From an uncultured cyanobacterium (GTDB lineage: Bacteria > Cyanobacteriota > Cyanobacteriia > CAKZMO01), in the NCBI GenBank assembly GCA_963719515.1, contig CAVRCJ010000016.1, positions 1 through 64,000 on the forward strand: a DNA stretch of 64,000 nucleotides, in the 5' to 3' direction. Shown here in pieces: positions 60,654 to 64,000 of the stretch. Each line of letters begins with the position of its first letter. Positions within the stretch are counted from its first letter, which is position 1. Position numbers and translations under genes: made by a program. Below the pieces are notes generated by a model. It saw nothing but the letters and a program-made list of their open reading frames with translations. It did no database searches and was not told the DNA's origin.

Positions 60654-62420
60654 CTACTCTTGGCTATCCACCATGACCGGCTCTTGATACAGCGGTATTG
60701 TGAAGGTCACCGTGGACCCTAGGCCTTCCCCCATGCTGAAGAAGTTGACCACACCGCCCATCGCCTCTACCAGCTTTTGTGAAATCACCAGCCCCAATCC
60801 TGAGCCGCCAAACCGCCGCGTCCGCGAACCGTCCACTTGACTGAAGGACTGAAACAGTTTGTCTTGATCTTCCAGGGAAACCCCAATGCCGGTATCCGCG
60901 ACCCCTAGCTTCACCATCCGGGAGCGAGCAACATCCTGCTGATTCTCTTCTACATCTGCCGAAATCGTGATGCCACCCTCATGGGTAAACTTAATCGAAT
61001 TCCCCACTAGGTTGAGCAGCACCTGCAGCAGTCGCTGGTAGTTGCCGTACAGCACAATGCGATCGCGGGTCGCCGGGGTCAAAATCTCGTAGAACAGATT
61101 TTTTTGCTCTGCCTGAGTACGGGTAAAATTCTCAACATCTGTGAGCAGCTCATCCAGCGTCACCGGGTTCATCTCCAGCTGCATCTTACCCGCCTCTATG
61201 CGGGCGATATCTAGGATGTCGTTGATAATATTGAGCAGGTGGACCGCTGAGCGATAGGCCTCGTTGATAAACTCTTCTTGCTCTTCCGGGTCGTCAGCCA
61301 TACCGTCAAGCACGAGTTTCAGAAAGCCGATCATGGCGTTGAGAGGGGTGCGCAGCTCGTGGGAGGTGTTGGCCAAAAATTCGCTTTTAAGCCGAGAGGC
61401 TTCTTCTGCCTGCTGGTGAGCCTCTTCTAGCTCGCTGTGCTTTTTGAGCAACTGCTCGTTGACCTGCAGGAGCTCCACCGCCAAATCTCGGCTTTCGGCG
61501 AACAGGGTTGCATGAGCGATGCCCGTGCCAATTTGCTGCGCGAACTCTTGAACAAACGCAATCTCTTGCGGGTTGAGCTGCTGGGCACGGTTCGCTTGCC
61601 AAATGACGATGAGGCCGTTCGCTTCATCCTGATAGACGGTCGGCACTGCAATCACGCCGCAGGCTGCTTCGTCACAGTCGCTAGCGCTCTCGCTGTAGAA
61701 CACCGGCGTAAGGGTGGAAATCGCCTCCAAAAGGTGAGGCTCTTGGGAAAGCTGCAGGGGCTCTTGTTCAAGGAACTCTATCGGCGGCGCGTGGTATGCC
61801 GCTGCCGCCGATAGCTCCTGGCATCCCGGACGGCAGGGATAGATCAAGCACTTCACCGCATCCAACGCACTGCCCAGACCATCCGCTGTCTTTTGCCAGA
61901 TGGTCTCGATATCAAGGGTGCGGCGAATATCCCAAGCGGCTCGCGCCAGCCGAGCCTGATAATGCTGCTCGCAGCCAGCGCCGACCAATCGCCCTGGGCT
62001 ATGACAAATGGCGATCGCCTCTTGTTCGGTGAGCGATTGGCGAACGCTTCCGGTCACTACCACTCGGCGAGCCTGGCGGTTGGTGGACAGGTGCGGGCTA
62101 ATGCTGAGGGCCAGCAGCAGGTACTGGCCATGGACGCAGAAAGGATAGTCTACCTCTAGCGGCGTCAGGGTATTGAGAACGCAGCGCAGGTGGTGGAGAT
62201 AGAGGCTAACGTTGGCAGGCTGAAACGGTGCCTCCGCCAAATCGCCTAGTACTTGACTAGCGTCTAAGTCGTAGCCTGTCGCGTCAAGCCAGGAAAACGA
62301 GAGATACCGGCCCGACTCTTCCTGAATAAACGCGAGTTCTAAATCTGAAGTTTCACCGCAGCGGCTTGACGCTTCGGATCTAGTTGCTGAAGAAAGTGGC
62401 AAGTGACTAGACGTCGTCAT
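60654..62420 (-). CDS. GAF-domain histidine kinase (HepK-like)
   Basis: ELAFIQEESGRYLSFSW N-domain, IRRTLD GAF, FLANTSHELRTPLN, HATPase; HepK similarity is from memory. Confidence 0.85.
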   Translation of the reverse strand: MTTSSHLPLSSATRSEASSRCGETSDLELAFIQEESGRYLSFSWLDATGYDLDASQVLGDLAEAPFQPANVSLYLHHLRCVLNTLTPLEVDYPFCVHGQYLLLALSISPHLSTNRQARRVVVTGSVRQSLTEQEAIAICHSPGRLVGAGCEQHYQARLARAAWDIRRTLDIETIWQKTADGLGSALDAVKCLIYPCRPGCQELSAAAAYHAPPIEFLEQEPLQLSQEPHLLEAISTLTPVFYSESASDCDEAACGVIAVPTVYQDEANGLIVIWQANRAQQLNPQEIAFVQEFAQQIGTGIAHATLFAESRDLAVELLQVNEQLLKKHSELEEAHQQAEEASRLKSEFLANTSHELRTPLNAMIGFLKLVLDGMADDPEEQEEFINEAYRSAVHLLNIINDILDIARIEAGKMQLEMNPVTLDELLTDVENFTRTQAEQKNLFYEILTPATRDRIVLYGNYQRLLQVLLNLVGNSIKFTHEGGITISADVEENQQDVARSRMVKLGVADTGIGVSLEDQDKLFQSFSQVDGSRTRRFGGSGLGLVISQKLVEAMGGVVNFFSMGEGLGSTVTFTIPLYQEPVMVDSQE

Positions 62421-62710
62421 ATTGGGGTCTGCAAGAGATATGCTGATAGCCTACGGAGACAGCCAAAGTGGCCAACGTTGACGGGTTAAGATTACCCGAA
62501 TCTGATGTAGCGTCTGCGAGCACCCTATTTGACTGGGTTAATAATAGCGCTCATCGCGAAAAGCGAACCAAGGTATTTTGCCAGGGGCGAATCGGAAAGC
62601 CGAGCTGAGCGCAAATGCGAGCTGCTCTGCCGAATACTAAATCGACAGAGCACACCAGAGTTAGCTGCGCTGAGCAAGTCGCCCCGCCCCGCAGCAGTAC
62701 AGACGCTAAG

Positions 62711-62965
62711 TTAGTCATTCCACTCGCCCCGCGCCGGTACCGGAGGATTACGCTCCAAATTTCGGGTCAGATCGTCGTCTCGACGAGCTCCCCCCCGCAG
62801 CCACTGCCGCAGCGCCACCTCAATCACCTTGCTGGGGTTGTCCGTGAGGTAGCTCACCTGCCTGACTAAAGCGGGATCGAGGTGAACCGAAAGCTCAACT
62901 TTTTCCAAGTCTTGATCGGGGGCCTCTAGAGCGTTTGAGGATGTTGGGTCAGCGGAATTAGCCAT
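62711..62965 (-). CDS. Small conserved cyanobacterial protein (RHH/CcdA-like)
   Basis: EKVELSVHLDPALVRQVSYLTDNPSKVIEVALRQWL..PPVPARGEWND. Confidence 0.75.
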   Translation of the reverse strand: MANSADPTSSNALEAPDQDLEKVELSVHLDPALVRQVSYLTDNPSKVIEVALRQWLRGGARRDDDLTRNLERNPPVPARGEWND

Positions 62966-63478
62966 AGCATTACAGCAGGTACGGTAGTTTTGCCCAAGCT
63001 AGGGAGGCAAGAGGGAGAAGATTTCGGTCTCACAGAGTTGACCAGCTTCCACCTCAGCCCCAAAGATTGGTCACAATGAGCATCTTATCTAGAAGCAGGT
63101 TGTTCCTTCTCAAGGACACACATTATGAGTCAGTCTAAGTGAAGTATTGACGAATTCACTATAGTGATCACCATTTAAACCCATTCGACTGGTAGTTTGA
63201 ACGGCTGTTGCATAAATGTTTCACAAAGAGATATTGTTGCTCGAGGCGGCTGAGGCTTGGCAAGCTCCTGGACCGGCTGGGTCAGCTGTCAAGATCCATC
63301 AACTTCCTGCAGCAACTTGAGTCAGCGCCCGCACGGAGCGAATTATAGGCACTACAATAGATTAACCTTCCATCAGCCCCGCGCCGCAATGGTGCAGTTC
63401 GTGAAGCTGTCATAAAGGTATTCTCGTTCACCTCAAGTACCCGTCATCTCAGCGTTTGCTGACTGAACCCGTGCTGCT

Positions 63479-64000
63479 ATGACCGACATTCCCGTTTCTC
63501 GCATTCGCAACTTTTCCATCATTGCTCACATCGACCACGGCAAGTCGACCCTGGCCGATCGCCTCCTGCAGGCGACGGGAACAGTAAGCGATCGCGACAT
63601 GAAGCAGCAGTTCCTCGACTCTATGGATTTAGAGCGAGAGCGGGGCATCACCATTAAGCTGCAGGCCGCCCGCATGAACTACCGGGCTAAAGACGGGGAA
63701 ACTTATGTGCTCAACCTGATTGACACCCCAGGGCACGTAGACTTTTCCTACGAGGTGTCTCGCTCTTTGGCCGCTTGTGAAGGAGCGCTCCTGGTCGTAG
63801 ACGCCTCTCAGGGCGTAGAGGCGCAGACGTTGGCTAACGTCTACTTGGCTCTAGAGAACGACTTAGAGATTATTCCCGTCCTCAACAAGATTGACCTGCC
63901 GGGGTCTGAACCCGAGCGAGTGACGTCGGAAATTGAAGAAGTGGTGGGCCTAGACTGCAGCAACGCCATTCTCGCCTCTGCCAAAGAGGGTTTGGGCATT
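63479..64000 (+). CDS. lepA: Elongation factor 4 (5' part, runs off window)
   Basis: [57 protein letters not shown]. Confidence 0.97.
   Translation, partial: MTDIPVSRIRNFSIIAHIDHGKSTLADRLLQATGTVSDRDMKQQFLDSMDLERERGITIKLQAARMNYRAKDGETYVLNLIDTPGHVDFSYEVSRSLAACEGALLVVDASQGVEAQTLANVYLALENDLEIIPVLNKIDLPGSEPERVTSEIEEVVGLDCSNAILASAKEGLGI

Noticed and set aside
63087..63125. Minus-strand micro-ORF MCVLEKEQPASR in the lepA intergenic region
   Set aside because: Too short to support; no recognisable motif.

Overview
Chromosomal window from a GC-rich cyanobacterium (dense HIP1 octamers GCGATCGC, psbA, allophycocyanin genes; probably a non-heterocystous Leptolyngbya/Nodosilinea-like filament, which is inference). 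Housekeeping content: msrA, a biliverdin-type phytochrome operon (cphB-rcpB-hybrid kinase), folA, udg, ruvB, plmA, an S1 homolog, nirA-nrtP-narB-narM with a canonical NtcA promoter, pdxH, glk, sqdB-sqdX, a 353-aa D1, two MscS genes, a HepK-like kinase with a sensor-less duplicate, and the 5' part of lepA. The accessory layer is rich. (i) An IS200/IS605 ecosystem: a tnpB+RHH element inserted at TTAG inside a decayed IsrB/RRXRR gene, four protein-free derivatives that keep both ends plus an internal -10 box and apparently the omega-RNA scaffold (candidate stand-alone guide-RNA transposons), and a separate tnpA-tnpB element. (ii) An IS4 with a 10-bp TSD and an IS5-type MITE carrying nested palindromic repeats. 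(iii) Two tandem NsiR1-like sRNA genes with DIF1-type TCCGGA promoters. (iv) A roughly 1,490-aa REase-like/NACHT/14xWD40 NLR-like gene whose sensor half has foreign-looking composition. (v) The far-red/low-light apcD4-apcB3-isiX cluster, apparently sitting inside a broken TPR gene. Several frameshifts between 41 and 57 kb may be sequencing errors. All family assignments are from motif recognition, not database searches.
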